The position numbers and the translations under genes were made by a program. From assembly GCA_041492755.1 (NCBI GenBank), contig JBGPXN010000078.1, positions 1 to 20,292 of the forward strand: a stretch of DNA of 20,292 bases, read 5' to 3'. Shown here in pieces: positions 20,165 through 20,292 of the stretch. Source of the stretch: Candidatus Methylomirabilia bacterium (GTDB lineage: Bacteria > Methylomirabilota > Methylomirabilia > Rokubacteriales > CSP1-6). Position 1 is the stretch's first letter. Each line of letters opens with the position of its first letter. The notes below the pieces were generated by a model. That model saw nothing but the letters and a program-made list of their open reading frames with translations. It was not told the origin of the DNA and searched no databases.

Positions 20165-20292
20165 TCATCGTGCCGATCGCTCGGGCAGCTCCCCGAGCCT
20201 GACCTTCACCGTCTGCTCACGCCCATCGCGCACGACCGTCAGTTCGACCTCGCTCCCCGCGGGCGCTCTCGCGGTGAGGCGCGGCAGCTCTC
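20165..20292 (-). CDS. 3' end of a PDZ-domain protein, probably an HtrA/DegP-like serine protease (partial)
   Basis: Manual translation ...ELPRLTARAPAGSEVELTVVRDGREQTVKVRLGELPERSAR* resembles the end of an HtrA PDZ domain; the protease domain is outside the window. Confidence 0.7.
   Translation of the reverse strand, partial: ELPRLTARAPAGSEVELTVVRDGREQTVKVRLGELPERSAR

Overview
High-GC (roughly 70% by eye) bacterial window in which every credible gene lies on the minus strand, forming one long, tightly packed run. In transcription order (right to left): 3' end of a PDZ/HtrA-like gene; YHS (TRASH-type) mini-protein; alpha-glucan phosphorylase glgP; DUF2933-like membrane protein; ICMT/PEMT-family methyltransferase; glycogen debranching enzyme glgX; a second YHS paralog; DMT/EamA transporter; half-rhodanese remnant; phosphoketolase; phosphoglucomutase (1-bp frameshift); DHA2-type MFS transporter; a structured intergenic region; a small Cys/His-containing membrane ORF ending in PTPPPK; RND permease; Spy/CpxP-like helical protein; RND adaptor; TolC-family channel; and the start of a probable exported protein. 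The main oddity is that glycogen-catabolic/phosphoketolase genes are interleaved, with stop/start overlaps, among genes typical of copper/heavy-metal clusters. Other points of interest: an RND pump with a rearranged proton-relay motif and Met clusters, a candidate ribosome-stalling leader peptide, and a double-hairpin palindromic element in frame inside a CDS. No rRNA, tRNA, CRISPR array or intact transposase was seen. All family assignments are from motif recognition by eye, not database searches.
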